From NCBI GenBank assembly GCA_035470905.1, contig DATIQL010000159.1, forward strand, positions 693 to 64,692: a stretch of DNA of 64,000 nucleotides, in the 5' to 3' direction. Below the pieces are notes generated by a model. The model saw nothing but the letters and a program-made list of their open reading frames with translations, did not search any database and had not been told where the DNA came from. Below are positions 8,432-17,587 of this stretch, in pieces (the first letter of the stretch is position 1; each line of letters starts with the position of its first letter). A program made the translations under genes and the position numbers. Source of the DNA: Casimicrobiaceae bacterium (GTDB lineage: Bacteria > Pseudomonadota > Gammaproteobacteria > Burkholderiales > Casimicrobiaceae).

Positions 8432-8557
8432 GCCCAACGCCGCGGTCGAGGCGAGGCCCACGGGCGAGCCACCCGGCCCGCCGGGCGCAGTGGTGTATCT
8501 TGTCCCCGTCGCGCCAGGCATCCCACCGGCGGCCCCGCTTCATCTCCAACGTCAGGC
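8432..8557 (+). repeat. attC recombination site (126 bp)
   Basis: GCCCAACGCCGCGGTCGAGGCGAGGCCCACGGGC...GCTTCATCTCCAACGTCAGGC. The next ORF ATG is 4 nt after the site. Confidence 0.7.
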
Positions 8558-8560
8558 GTC

Positions 8561-9121
8561 ATGAACGTCCTCGCGATCTCCGGCAGCCTAAGGGCAGCGT
8601 CCATCAACTCAGCGTTCTGCCGAGCCGCAGCGCGTCTCGCACCCGAAGGACTCGTGGTCACGGTCTTTGGGAGCCTCGGCGAGCTGCCCCTCTTCAACCC
8701 CGACCTGGAAATCGACCCCCCTCGCCAGGTTTCCGCCTTTCGGGCAACCGTCGACCGCTCGGACGCACTTCTCATCGCGAGCCCAGAATACGCGCATGGC
8801 CTGTCCGGAGTCATGAAGAATGCGCTCGATTGGCTCGTGAGCTTTGAAGGGTTCGTCGCCAAGCCCGTCGCTGTCGTCAACACGTCCTCCCGGGCGCGCC
8901 ACGCCTACGAGTCTCTGCAAGAAGTGTTGAAGACCATGTCCGCCACGCTCCTGCCCGAGCCCTCGGTATCTCTGCCGCTGTTGGGAAACTGCACGTCTGA
9001 AGAAGAGATGCTCAAATCGCCTGCGGTCTCCTCGCAGATCAAGTGCGCACTGGATGCACTTGCTCGCCGGCTGACGCAATTGGGTGAGTCAGGGCCGAGC
9101 TTTCCGGTCGGACCGCAATGA
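8561..9121 (+). CDS. NADPH-dependent FMN reductase family oxidoreductase
   Basis: MNVLAISGSLRAASINS...SPEYAHGLSGVMKNALDW. Confidence 0.85.
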   Translation: MNVLAISGSLRAASINSAFCRAAARLAPEGLVVTVFGSLGELPLFNPDLEIDPPRQVSAFRATVDRSDALLIASPEYAHGLSGVMKNALDWLVSFEGFVAKPVAVVNTSSRARHAYESLQEVLKTMSATLLPEPSVSLPLLGNCTSEEEMLKSPAVSSQIKCALDALARRLTQLGESGPSFPVGPQ

Positions 9122-9122
9122 C

Positions 9123-9280
9123 GCCCAACCCCTCGGTCGAGGCGAGCTCAAACGGCGGGCCACCGCGCCCACCGAGCGGTCTAGTCTGTCAGCCGCCCGC
9201 CGTGCGGGCGCTTTCAGCTCCTGCGCTCCTGCTCGGTCCACGCGCAAGATTGCGCGGGTGGATTCACGTAAACGGTCACG
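9123..9280 (+). repeat. attC recombination site (158 bp)
   Basis: GCCCAACCCCTCGGTCGAGGCGAGCTCAAACGGC directly follows the TGA stop. The 3' end GATTCACGTAAACGGTCACG is degenerate. Confidence 0.55.
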
Positions 9281-9294
9281 AATGGAGAACGAAT

Positions 9295-9774
9295 ATGGTC
9301 CCCAGGAACACGATCTGTCTTTGGTATGACGGCACCGCCTTGGACGCCGCGACGTTCTACGCCGGGACGTTCCCGGACAGCGCGGTGGGAACGGTCCTTC
9401 GCGCGCCCGGCGACTATCCCGCGGGCAAGCAGGGCGATGTCTTGACGGTCGAGTTCACCGTGATCGGCATCCCCTGTCTCGGCCTGAACGGCGGCCCGGC
9501 GTTCAAGCACAGCGAGGCCTTTTCGTTCCAGGTTGCGACCGACGACCAAGCCGAAACCGACCGCTTGTGGAATGCGATCGTAGGCAACGGCGGTCAGGAG
9601 AGCGCCTGCGGCTGGTGCAAGGACAAGTGGGGCCTGTCGTGGCAGATCACGCCGCGCGCGCTCACTGCCGCAATCGCCGATCCCGATCGCGCCGCAGCCA
9701 GGCGCGCTTTCGAGGCGATGATGCAGATGGGAAAGATCGACATCGCGGGGATCGAGGCGGCCCGGCGCGGCTGA
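9295..9774 (+). CDS. VOC family protein (3-demethylubiquinone-9 3-methyltransferase/PhnB-like domain)
   Basis: ICLWYDG...AATFY...CGWCKDKWGLSWQI. Confidence 0.8.
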   Translation: MVPRNTICLWYDGTALDAATFYAGTFPDSAVGTVLRAPGDYPAGKQGDVLTVEFTVIGIPCLGLNGGPAFKHSEAFSFQVATDDQAETDRLWNAIVGNGGQESACGWCKDKWGLSWQITPRALTAAIADPDRAAARRAFEAMMQMGKIDIAGIEAARRG

Positions 9775-9846
9775 CGCTTCCATCGAGCTGACATCTTCCG
9801 GCAGGCTTCGCTTGCCTGCTGGCGCAGCTCATGTCAAACGCTAGGG
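9769..9846 (+). repeat. attC recombination site
   Basis: GGCTGAC (contains the stop) then TTCCATCGAGCTGACA...GCTCATGTCAAACGCTAGGG. The R'' box is either GGCTGAC (9769) or TTCCATC (9778). Confidence 0.65.
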
Positions 9847-9898
9847 TGCACAGCTCGCTCTGCCTCGTTCCCTCCCCAGGTCCCACATCCTCGCTTGC

Positions 9899-10297
9899 AT
9901 GCTTCACCACATCTCGCTCGGCGTCACCGACATTGAACGAGCCGCAGCCTTCTACGATGCGGCGCTCGAGCCTCTCGGCTATGTCCGAGTCTGGAGTGAC
10001 CTTCGACCCGGAGAGCAAGGACAGGCTGTCGGCTACGGATCGCTCGGTGGCGGTGACAGGCTTGCCCTGAGGCAGGTCCGAGGAGCGAGCCTCGGCGCCA
10101 TGCCAGGGTTTCACGTAGCCTTCGAAGCGCCCTCGAGGCCCGCAGTCGCGGGGTTCCACGCAGCTGCGCTGAGCGCCGGTGCGATCGACAATGGCCCGCC
10201 CGGGCTGCGAGAGCACTACGGTCCGAGCTACTTCGCCGCATTCGTCATCGACCCGGATGGTTATCGCCTTGAAGCAGTGTGCAAGACTGCGGCCTGA
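9899..10297 (+). CDS. VOC family (glyoxalase/bleomycin resistance/dioxygenase) protein
   Basis: MLHHISLGVTDIERAAAFY...FVIDPDGYRLEAV. Confidence 0.8.
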   Translation: MLHHISLGVTDIERAAAFYDAALEPLGYVRVWSDLRPGEQGQAVGYGSLGGGDRLALRQVRGASLGAMPGFHVAFEAPSRPAVAGFHAAALSAGAIDNGPPGLREHYGPSYFAAFVIDPDGYRLEAVCKTAA

Positions 10298-10408
10298 GCC
10301 CTCGGTCGAGGCGACCCGCCACGGCGTGAGACGCCTCGGCGGTCACGGTGCTCGTTGTCCGCTGCGGGGCCCCATGCCATTGCGGGCGCCCCACCTCGAA
10401 GAATGGGG
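10292..10408 (+). repeat. attC recombination site (117 bp)
   Basis: GCCTGAGCCCTCGGTCGAGGCGACCCGCCACGGC...CCCCACCTCGAAGAATGGGG. The stop TGA lies in the 5' core, and the next ORF ATG overlaps the 3' core. Confidence 0.55.
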
Positions 10409-10651
10409 CACATGGTCACCGACCCGCTGAGGTCCGCAATCCGCGAGCTGGAGGAGCGCCTCATGCAGACGCACGTGCGCAACACCCGGGCGTTCGGCGC
10501 ACCGCTCTTCGCCGACGATTTCGTGGAATTCGGAACCTCCGGTCGCTCTTACGACAAAGAGGCGGTCTTATCGGCTCTCGCGGCCGATACTTCAGCGCCG
10601 GTTACCGCCAACGTTATGCCCGTTCCCAACCGAAGGGAGATGATGCAATGA
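10403..10651 (+). CDS. NTF2-like (DUF4440) protein, probably truncated
   Basis: 82 aa with ELEERL...FADDFVEFGTSGRSYDKEAV. The family is usually about 120 aa. Confidence 0.45.
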   Translation: MGHMVTDPLRSAIRELEERLMQTHVRNTRAFGAPLFADDFVEFGTSGRSYDKEAVLSALAADTSAPVTANVMPVPNRREMMQ

Positions 10652-11020
10652 CTCAAGAGACGCTCTACGCCCGTCTGGGGAGGCTATGACGCCATTGCCG
10701 CCGTCGTTGGCGACTTTTTGCCACGCCTGCAACAGGATCCACTACTGGCTCACTTCTGGCATCGTCGGCCAGTTGACAGCCTGCAACGGTCAAAGCAGCT
10801 CCTGATTGACTTTCCATGCTCGAACGCAGGCGGCCCGGTGTACTACACCGGACGGGACATGAAAACGTCCCACAAGGGCATGAGGCTCGGCGAAGCAGAT
10901 TGGTCGGCATTCATGAAACACCTCCACGCCGCCTTGGGTACGTTCAAGGTCCAAGAGCCTGAACGTGACGAGCTGGTGGCATTCGTACAAAGCACGAAAG
11001 ACGACATGGTCGAGGCATAG
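10648..11020 (+). pseudogene. group 1 truncated haemoglobin, +1 frameshift near 10676-10680
   Basis: MTQETLYARLG runs into a stop. The next frame continues GYDAIAAVVGDFLPRLQQDPLLAHFW...PVYYTGRDMKTSHKGM, as in intact trHbN. Confidence 0.65.
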
Positions 11021-11117
11021 AGGGCCTCTCGGCACAAGCCTGCGCTCAACCGGGCCTGCGTGAGACACCACGCGGGCCGGCCAGCCCCACGCCGGGCGCA
11101 CGAGAAACGGAGCGGCA

Positions 11118-11501
11118 ATGCACCCGATAGAACTTCTGATCAGCAAGGCGGATACCGCGATAAACCAAGAAGATTTCGAGACCCTGCTCGACATCTATTC
11201 CGATGACGCTGTCCTTGTGGTCAAGCCGGGAATGAATGCCGTGGGAAAGGAGCAGATCAAGAAGGCATTTGAAGCAATCGCGGCTCACTTCGAGCACAGT
11301 CTCGAGGTGAAGCAGGCCGGGATGGCAATCCTGGAAACCGGAGATACTGCGTTGGTGCTGGCCAGGACCGTTGTCTCGGCAAAGAACCTCCCGCCTGCAG
11401 AACGGAAGGCCACCTATGTTTTCAAGAGAAGCAGCGAAAATCGGTGGGTATGCGCGATCGATAATTCCTACGGACACAGTCTGCTCGAAGCAGATGCCTA
11501 A
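11118..11501 (+). CDS. SgcJ/EcaC family NTF2-like protein
   Basis: 127 aa ending ...RWVCAIDNSYG. The stop TAA lies inside GCCTAAC (11496-11502). Confidence 0.7.
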   Translation: MHPIELLISKADTAINQEDFETLLDIYSDDAVLVVKPGMNAVGKEQIKKAFEAIAAHFEHSLEVKQAGMAILETGDTALVLARTVVSAKNLPPAERKATYVFKRSSENRWVCAIDNSYGHSLLEADA

Positions 11502-11638
11502 CCACGCAATCGACTCGGACGCGCAAAGATGCTTGGCAGCGTCTGCCTTGACCCACCGGATTCCGCCGCCAGTCCGTGCGATGAGACGGGAGCCTTCCGC
11601 GAAGCCAACCGGCCTGGCGTTGGCGTTCTCGCCTCGGT

Positions 11639-12025
11639 GTGTCACTGGCGCGCAAGGAGGCCGAGCAGCTCCTCCCCCTCGGAGCAACGGCCCCAGGTCA
11701 CTACGTCTTCGGCATCTCATTCCTCGGAGCCCCGGGCCCGGTCGGCTATCTCTGGCTTGCGTCAATGCAGCGCGGCAGCACCAAAGTGGCGTATATCTAC
11801 CAGGTAGTGATCAGGCCCGAGCATCGCCGACACGCGTATGCTCGCGAGGCGTTGCGGCAAGCCGAAGCGCTCGCCGCAGAAGCCGGGCACGCTGCCATGG
11901 CGCTGAATGTGTTCGCCCCCAACACGCCCGCCCAGGCGCTCTACCGCTCCCTGGGCTACGCCGTCACGAAATGGCCGGACTGGCTGGCTAGGAGAACAGC
12001 CCGATGCTCGAGCTCGCAACGCTGA
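11639..12025 (+). pseudogene. GNAT acetyltransferase, 5'-decayed
   Basis: The core is present (AYIYQVVIRPEHRRHAYAREAL...ALNVFAPNTPAQALYRSLGY). The N-terminal part is only readable in another frame upstream. The 3' end runs into the next gene. Confidence 0.5.
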
Positions 12026-13539
12026 TCTCGCGCCACGCACGCTATCGCCCCGATGCTGCGGCGGTCGTGTTCGGGAGGGAACGCCTCACCTACGCGCAAT
12101 TCGGCGCGCGCGTCGCGCGCTCGGCCAACATGTTGCGCTCGCTCGGCATCGGCAAGGGTGACAAGGTCGCCACGGTACTCGGCAACTCGCGCGAGGCGCT
12201 CGAGCTCGTATGGGCAGTGCCGGCCGTGGGCGCCGCGCTGGTGCCGCTCTCGCCCCTTCTGATGCCTGCGGGCCTCGCGAGCCTGCTGCGCGACTCCGAG
12301 GCCCGCTGCCTCGTGAGCCAGCGCTCCATGCTGCCGACACTGGACGCGATCCGCGCCGACCTCGCGCCACTCCTCCCCGGGCGAGTTCTGCTGATCGACG
12401 GCGCCTCGGGCGATTTCGGCGACTACGGCGCGCTCACTGCGGCCCGGGCCGACACGTTCGTTCCGGAGCACTGCGGCCCCGACGATCTTTTCAACATCAT
12501 GTACACGAGCGGAACGACCGGGCTGCCGAAGGGCATCATGCACAGCCACCACGTGCGCTCGATGTACTGCCTGCTGATGGCCTCGGCGTACCGGATGACG
12601 CCCGAGTCGCGCACGCTGCACGCCGGGGCCATCGTCTTCAACGGCGCGTACGTGACGATGATGCCGACGTTCTACCTCGGCGCGACCTACGTGCTGTTGC
12701 CGCAGTTCGACGCCGACGCGACGATCGCGGCGATCGAACGCGAGCGAATCACCCACATCATGCTCGTGCCGACGCAGATCATAGCGATTCTGGCATCGAA
12801 GCAATACCGGCCGGAGCGCCTTGCGTCGCTGGAGTGCATCGTGTCGCTCGGCGCGCCCCTTCTGCAGGAGCACAAGGACCGCCTGAACGCCGACCTGCCG
12901 CACCGGTTCTACGAGCTCTACGGCTGCACCGAGGGCTTCGTCACCATCCTCGACCGCGACGAAGCGGCGCACAAGTCGGGTTCCGTCGGCCGCCCGACCC
13001 AGCATTTCGAGCTGAAGATCGTCGATGCCGACGGACGCAGCATGCCGCCTCGCGAAATCGGCGAGATCGTCGGGCGTGGTCCGATCACGATGCAGGGCTA
13101 CTACAAACGCCCAGACCTCACCGCGCAGGCGATCCGCGACGGCTGGATCTTCACCGGCGACGTGGGCTACGTCGACGAGGATGGCTTCCTCTACCTGGTG
13201 GACCGCAAGAAGGACATGATCGACTCGGGCGGGATGAAGGTGTACCCGAAGGACGTCGAGGAGGTCGCCGCTCGCCACCCGGCGATCCGCGAGGTCGCGG
13301 TGTTCGGCGTGCCGCACGACAAGTGGGGCGAGACGCCGCTGGCGGCGGTGATCCTGCGCGAAGGCGCGGCCGCGACCGCTGCGGAGCTTCGCGACTGGAT
13401 CAACGAACGTGTAGCCGCCCGCTACCAGCGCGTTTCAGAGGTCGTTATCATGAAGGACTTCCCGCGCAGCGCGGCAGGCAAGACACTGAAGCGCGAGATG
13501 CGCGAGCCGTACTGGGTCACGCGCGAGAAAAGGGTCTAG
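12004..13539 (+). CDS. AMP-binding acyl-CoA synthetase / long-chain fatty-acid-CoA ligase family
   Basis: YTSGTTGLPKG, YGCTEG, TGDVGYVDEDGFLYLVDRKKD and GKTLKRE motifs. Confidence 0.9.
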   Translation: MLELATLISRHARYRPDAAAVVFGRERLTYAQFGARVARSANMLRSLGIGKGDKVATVLGNSREALELVWAVPAVGAALVPLSPLLMPAGLASLLRDSEARCLVSQRSMLPTLDAIRADLAPLLPGRVLLIDGASGDFGDYGALTAARADTFVPEHCGPDDLFNIMYTSGTTGLPKGIMHSHHVRSMYCLLMASAYRMTPESRTLHAGAIVFNGAYVTMMPTFYLGATYVLLPQFDADATIAAIERERITHIMLVPTQIIAILASKQYRPERLASLECIVSLGAPLLQEHKDRLNADLPHRFYELYGCTEGFVTILDRDEAAHKSGSVGRPTQHFELKIVDADGRSMPPREIGEIVGRGPITMQGYYKRPDLTAQAIRDGWIFTGDVGYVDEDGFLYLVDRKKDMIDSGGMKVYPKDVEEVAARHPAIREVAVFGVPHDKWGETPLAAVILREGAAATAAELRDWINERVAARYQRVSEVVIMKDFPRSAAGKTLKREMREPYWVTREKRV

Positions 13540-13608
13540 CTCGTTCAGATGGTCGCCGGCGCGCGGATGTGGGCGCCAGGCATCGCCTGCAGCACCAGAG
13601 GTCCTCGC

Positions 13609-14412
13609 ATGAACGCGATGCACGTCTCGGACTCGTGGGAGCGTGGAAGCCCGTACGAAAGATACGTTGGTCGGTGGAGCCGCCAGGTTGCGCCGAAGTT
13701 CCTCGCCTGGCTGCAAGTGCCGGAAGCACGGCGATGGCTCGACGTCGGCTGCGGTACCGGCGCCCTGTGCGCGGCCATCGCTGATGGTTGCGCACCCTCA
13801 TCGTTGATCGGCGTTGACCCGTCCGAGGGCTTCCTGAAGTCAGCGGCCGCAAATCTCGGTGGCCGGGCGGTTCTTCACCGTGGAAGCGCTTCTTCGATCC
13901 CGCTCCCCGACGCGTCTGTCGACGTCGTCGTATCGGGGTTGGTATTGAATTTCGCCCCTGACGTGAGCGCTGCCCTCTCGGAAATGTCCAGAGTGACAGC
14001 CGACAGGGGAACCATCGCGGCCTACGTCTGGGACTACGCAGGAAAGATGGAACTCATGCGCTACTTCTGGGACGCTGCGGTCGAGGTCGATCCACGCGCC
14101 GCCGAGCTCGACGAAGGTCTGCGCTTCCCATTGTGCCGGCAGGACGCGCTGATTGCAGCCTTTCGAAGCGCCGGCCTTCAGGCGGTCGATTCGGCTGCAG
14201 TCGACATCGTCACGACGTTTGCAGACTTCGACGAATACTGGTCCCCGTTCCTCGGCGGGCAAGGTCCGGCGCCCGCGTATGCGATGTCGCTCCCGGAAGA
14301 CGCGAGATCCCGGCTGCGCGAGCGCATTCGACATCGCCTTCCCTGCCAGTCCGACGGATCGATCCGACTCCTGGCCCGCGCCTGGTCGGTTCGCGGCTCG
14401 CTGGCAAGTTGA
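13609..14412 (+). CDS. class I SAM-dependent methyltransferase
   Basis: WLDVGCGTGAL...VDVVVSGLVLNF. Confidence 0.8.
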   Translation: MNAMHVSDSWERGSPYERYVGRWSRQVAPKFLAWLQVPEARRWLDVGCGTGALCAAIADGCAPSSLIGVDPSEGFLKSAAANLGGRAVLHRGSASSIPLPDASVDVVVSGLVLNFAPDVSAALSEMSRVTADRGTIAAYVWDYAGKMELMRYFWDAAVEVDPRAAELDEGLRFPLCRQDALIAAFRSAGLQAVDSAAVDIVTTFADFDEYWSPFLGGQGPAPAYAMSLPEDARSRLRERIRHRLPCQSDGSIRLLARAWSVRGSLAS

Positions 14413-14495
14413 AGCGCTGCCGTGGAAAGATCACGACACTTGAATGCGTTGTCTGAAGGCATGCTGGAAGAGCCAGGAAGCTTTGGGAGGAGAAC

Positions 14496-14948
14496 ATGAA
14501 GAAGTCGGGGTCGATGGAGGTCCCGTCGGCATCCGAGCTGATCGACCAGAGAATCGCCGCGCTCGGGGACTGGCGGGGGGACACCCTGAGCAGAATGCGC
14601 AAGCTCATCAAGGAGGCAGAACCGGACGTCGTCGAGGAGTGGAAATGGATGGGCACTCCCGTGTGGTCGCGTGGCGGGATCATCTGCACTGGCGAGTCTT
14701 ACAGGTCGATCGTGAAGCTGACCTTCGCCAAGGGGGCTTCGTTGCAGGACCCGGCCAAGCTCTTCAACTCGAGCCTCGACGGGAATGCAAGGCGCGCGAT
14801 CGACATCCATGAAGGGGAGGAAGTCGACGCGGGCGCGTTCAAGGCGCTCATCCGTGCCGCGGTCGCCCTCAATGCGTCCGTCGGAAAGGCAGAGCCAAGG
14901 CTCAACCCGTCGGTCAGGCGAACGTCCCGCAAGCGGACCGCCGCTTAG
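14496..14948 (+). CDS. DUF1801 (YdhG-like) domain protein
   Basis: DWRGDTLSRMRKLIKEAEPDVVEEWKWMGTPVW. The C-terminal tail is encoded by an attC. Confidence 0.7.
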   Translation: MKKSGSMEVPSASELIDQRIAALGDWRGDTLSRMRKLIKEAEPDVVEEWKWMGTPVWSRGGIICTGESYRSIVKLTFAKGASLQDPAKLFNSSLDGNARRAIDIHEGEEVDAGAFKALIRAAVALNASVGKAEPRLNPSVRRTSRKRTAA

Positions 14949-14962
14949 GTCGAACGTCGGTC
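14900..14962 (+). repeat. attC recombination site (63 bp)
   Basis: GCTCAAC (a perfect RYYYAAC) then CCGTCGGTCAGGCGAAC...GCTTAGGTCGAACGTCGGTC. Confidence 0.6.
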
Positions 14963-14971
14963 GTGGCAGGC

Positions 14972-15946
14972 CTATCCCGCCCCGGCCTTGCGCCAGGCTG
15001 CAGGCGGCATGCCGAACTCGCGTTTGAAGGCCCTGCTGAAAGCGGCTTCCGACTCGTAACCGCTGCGCTCGGCCACACGCGCAATGGCGTCCCGGCCCGA
15101 GCGCAGCGCCTGCGCCGCGAGCGCCAGGCGCCAGCGCATCAGGTACTGGATGGGCGGCTCGCCCACCAAGGCCGCGAAGCGCTCGGCTAGCGCGGAGCGG
15201 GATAGCGCCGCCTCGCGCGCCAGCTCATCCACGGTCCACGGCCGGCCCGGCTCGCCGTGCAGGAGGGCCAGCGCGCGGCCAACGTGCGCGTCCCGCACGC
15301 CCGCCAGCCAGCCCCTGCCCCCCGGCGGCAGGCTCTCGGCGTACCGGCGCAGCGCCTCTACGAACAGGAGCTCCGCCAGCTTGGCGAGCGTGGATGCGCC
15401 GCCAGGCCGCGCCGCCGCGGATTCGCGGACGCCCACCCGCAGCAGCTCGCGCACCAGCGCCGATGCCTGCCCGTCGCCGATCGGGATGCGCAGGACGCGC
15501 GGCAGCGCCTCCAGGAGCGGTCGGCACATGCTGCGGCTGCAGGCGAGGTATCCGCACACGAAACGCGTGACGACGCCTCCCCCGCCGTGGCGTATGGGCA
15601 GGAACTCGGGGTCGCCGCCCGCTCTCACCGCGGCCTTGATCAGGCTTTCCCCTTCGAGCGGCGCAAGGTGGAGGTCGCTGCCCATCAGGTGCCGGTCGTC
15701 CTGCGGGAACAGCACCAGATCGCCGGCGGCCACGTCGAGAACGTCCCCGCCATCGGCCAGCCGCACCTTGCAGGCGCCTTCGGTGAGGAAGTGAAAGTAC
15801 ACGACGTGCTCGGCTCCGGCCAGCCGCTCGCGGATGCTCGTCCGGCCGTGCTTTCCCAGGAAGCTCCAGGGTGCGGTGAACTCCGCGTCGAGATAGACCG
15901 CGCCTTCGAGGCGCACCGCCTTGAGCACGTCCGAGAGGGCATCCAT
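14972..15946 (-). CDS. AraC family transcriptional regulator (cupin-like N-terminal domain)
   Basis: MDALSDVLKAVRLEGAVYLDAEF at the N-terminus and an AraC HTH at the C-terminus (SGYESEAAFSRAFKREFG). Confidence 0.85.
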   Translation of the reverse strand: MDALSDVLKAVRLEGAVYLDAEFTAPWSFLGKHGRTSIRERLAGAEHVVYFHFLTEGACKVRLADGGDVLDVAAGDLVLFPQDDRHLMGSDLHLAPLEGESLIKAAVRAGGDPEFLPIRHGGGGVVTRFVCGYLACSRSMCRPLLEALPRVLRIPIGDGQASALVRELLRVGVRESAAARPGGASTLAKLAELLFVEALRRYAESLPPGGRGWLAGVRDAHVGRALALLHGEPGRPWTVDELAREAALSRSALAERFAALVGEPPIQYLMRWRLALAAQALRSGRDAIARVAERSGYESEAAFSRAFKREFGMPPAAWRKAGAG

Positions 15947-16086
15947 GGGGTTTCGGGCAAAAAGCGCGGAGGACCGGCCAACACGCGAGGCCCGGCGCCA
16001 CGGATAGTAGCAACCGCCTGCGGCACCGTTCCATTCGCGCCGCTTCGCAAGTCTTCCATCCACAGCCAACCGAAAGGATCAGCAGC

Positions 16087-16557
16087 ATGCAAGCCGTCAG
16101 CGAACTCTACTCCAACGATCACCCGCACAACGCAAAGGCCTACAAGGGCAGCTGTTTCTGCGGCGCAGTCCAGCTCACCGTCAGCGGCGAACCGGCTGCG
16201 ATGGGCTATTGCCACTGCGAGTCCTGCCGCAGCTGGTCAGCGGGGCCCGTCAACGCCTTCACCTTGTGGAAGCCCGAAGCGGTGCGCATCACGCGGGGGG
16301 CCGAGAACATCGGCACCTACAACAAGACGCCGCTCAGCTCTCGCAAGTGGTGCAAGACCTGCGGCGGCCACCTCTTCACCGAGCACCCCGGGATGGGGCT
16401 CATCGACGTGTACGCGGCGACCATTCCGGACTTCCCGTACCAGCCCGGCGTCCATGTCAACTATCAGGAGACGAAGCTGCGCATCAAGGACGGGCTGCCC
16501 AAGATGAAGGACGTGCCCGCGGACATGGGCGGCTCGGGCGTCGTCGTGGCGGAATAG
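16087..16557 (+). CDS. GFA family protein
   Basis: CFCG...CHCESCR...CKTCGG. Divergent from the AraC gene with a 140-nt gap. Confidence 0.85.
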   Translation: MQAVSELYSNDHPHNAKAYKGSCFCGAVQLTVSGEPAAMGYCHCESCRSWSAGPVNAFTLWKPEAVRITRGAENIGTYNKTPLSSRKWCKTCGGHLFTEHPGMGLIDVYAATIPDFPYQPGVHVNYQETKLRIKDGLPKMKDVPADMGGSGVVVAE

Positions 16558-16733
16558 CGCGTTCGGCCGTTCGGGCCGCGCGCCGCGCTTGGCGCCGGGA
16601 AAGCGGTGGCATAGACTGCACGCGGCCCGACGTCGGACTTCGGTGGGGACCGGCACGCTCGAACTGCGGCGGCGGGAAACCTTCGCTCCATGGCGGCACG
16701 AAGATCTCACCTCACCCTCCGGAGGGCAATACG

Positions 16734-17039
16734 ATGGCAAAAGGCTACTGGATCGTTCGCGTCGACATCCGGGACATGGACGCGTACAAGGCGTACATCG
16801 CCGCCAACGCTGATCCATTCAAGAAATACGGAGCAAAGTTCCTCGTGCGCGGCGGAAAGTACGTGAACCCCGAAGGCACCAGCCGTGAGCGCAACGCCGT
16901 GATCGAGTTCCCCAGCTACGAAAGTGCGGTGGAGTGCTGGCACTCGCCGGAGTACCAGGCGGCGCTTCGGCTTCGAGAGCCGGTATCCACGGCCGATCTG
17001 GTCATCGTGGAGGGCTACGACGGTCCGCAGCCTGGTTAG
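16734..17039 (+). CDS. DUF1330 domain protein
   Basis: MAKGYWIVRVDIRDMDAYKAY...VIEFPSYESAVECWHSPEYQ. Confidence 0.85.
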   Translation: MAKGYWIVRVDIRDMDAYKAYIAANADPFKKYGAKFLVRGGKYVNPEGTSRERNAVIEFPSYESAVECWHSPEYQAALRLREPVSTADLVIVEGYDGPQPG

Positions 17040-17118
17040 CGTGGCGCTCGAGCGGGTTTGCGCCCTCCGGCACCCGGCATTCCCACGAAGACGCGCCGCC
17101 TCACCTCGAGCGTCAGCC
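17030..17118 (+). repeat. probable attC
   Basis: Ends GCCTCACCTCGAGCGTCAGCC (family A 3' arm). The 5' box GCCTGGTTAGC contains the stop codon. Confidence 0.45.
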
Positions 17119-17134
17119 ACCCACTCCACGCCCC

Positions 17135-17542
17135 ATGATTTCCATCCGTGAGATCGATCATCTGGTCCTGCGCGTGATCGACCTCGATCGCATGCTTCGC
17201 TTCTACTGCGGAGTGCTCGGGTGCACGATCGAACGACGCCAGGACTCCATTGGGCTGGTTCAACTTCGCGCCGGACGCTCTCTGGTCGACCTTGTGCCAG
17301 TGAATGGTCGCCTCGGGAAGGCCGGTGGTGCGCCACCCGCCAAGGAAGGACGGAACCTCGATCATTTCTGCTTTCGCATCGAGCCGTTCGATGAAGCAGC
17401 CATCCGAAGCCAGCTCCGAGCGCACCAGGTGGAAGCTGGGCCGCTGGAATCCCGGAACGGAGCCGAAGGAGAAGGTCCGTCGATCTACATCTCGGACCCG
17501 GAGGGCAATGTCGTGGAGCTCAAGGGGCCGCCGAATGGCTGA
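17135..17542 (+). CDS. VOC family (glyoxalase) protein
   Basis: IDHLVLRVIDLDRMLRFY...YISDPEGNVVEL. Confidence 0.8.
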   Translation: MISIREIDHLVLRVIDLDRMLRFYCGVLGCTIERRQDSIGLVQLRAGRSLVDLVPVNGRLGKAGGAPPAKEGRNLDHFCFRIEPFDEAAIRSQLRAHQVEAGPLESRNGAEGEGPSIYISDPEGNVVELKGPPNG

Positions 17543-17582
17543 CCCCGCGTCGGAGGACGTGCCGCCGGCGCAAACGTCAGGC
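17537..17582 (+). repeat. short attC (46 bp)
   Basis: GGCTGAC (contains the stop) ... CAAACGTCAGGC. The two cores are near-perfect reverse complements. Confidence 0.5.
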
Positions 17583-17587
17583 CACGC

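Noticed and set aside
11956-13317. 453-aa minus-strand ORF, and 12210-13784 plus-strand 524-aa ORF
   Set aside because: They overlap the acyl-CoA synthetase, which carries unambiguous AMP-binding motifs in its own frame. These are shadow ORFs.
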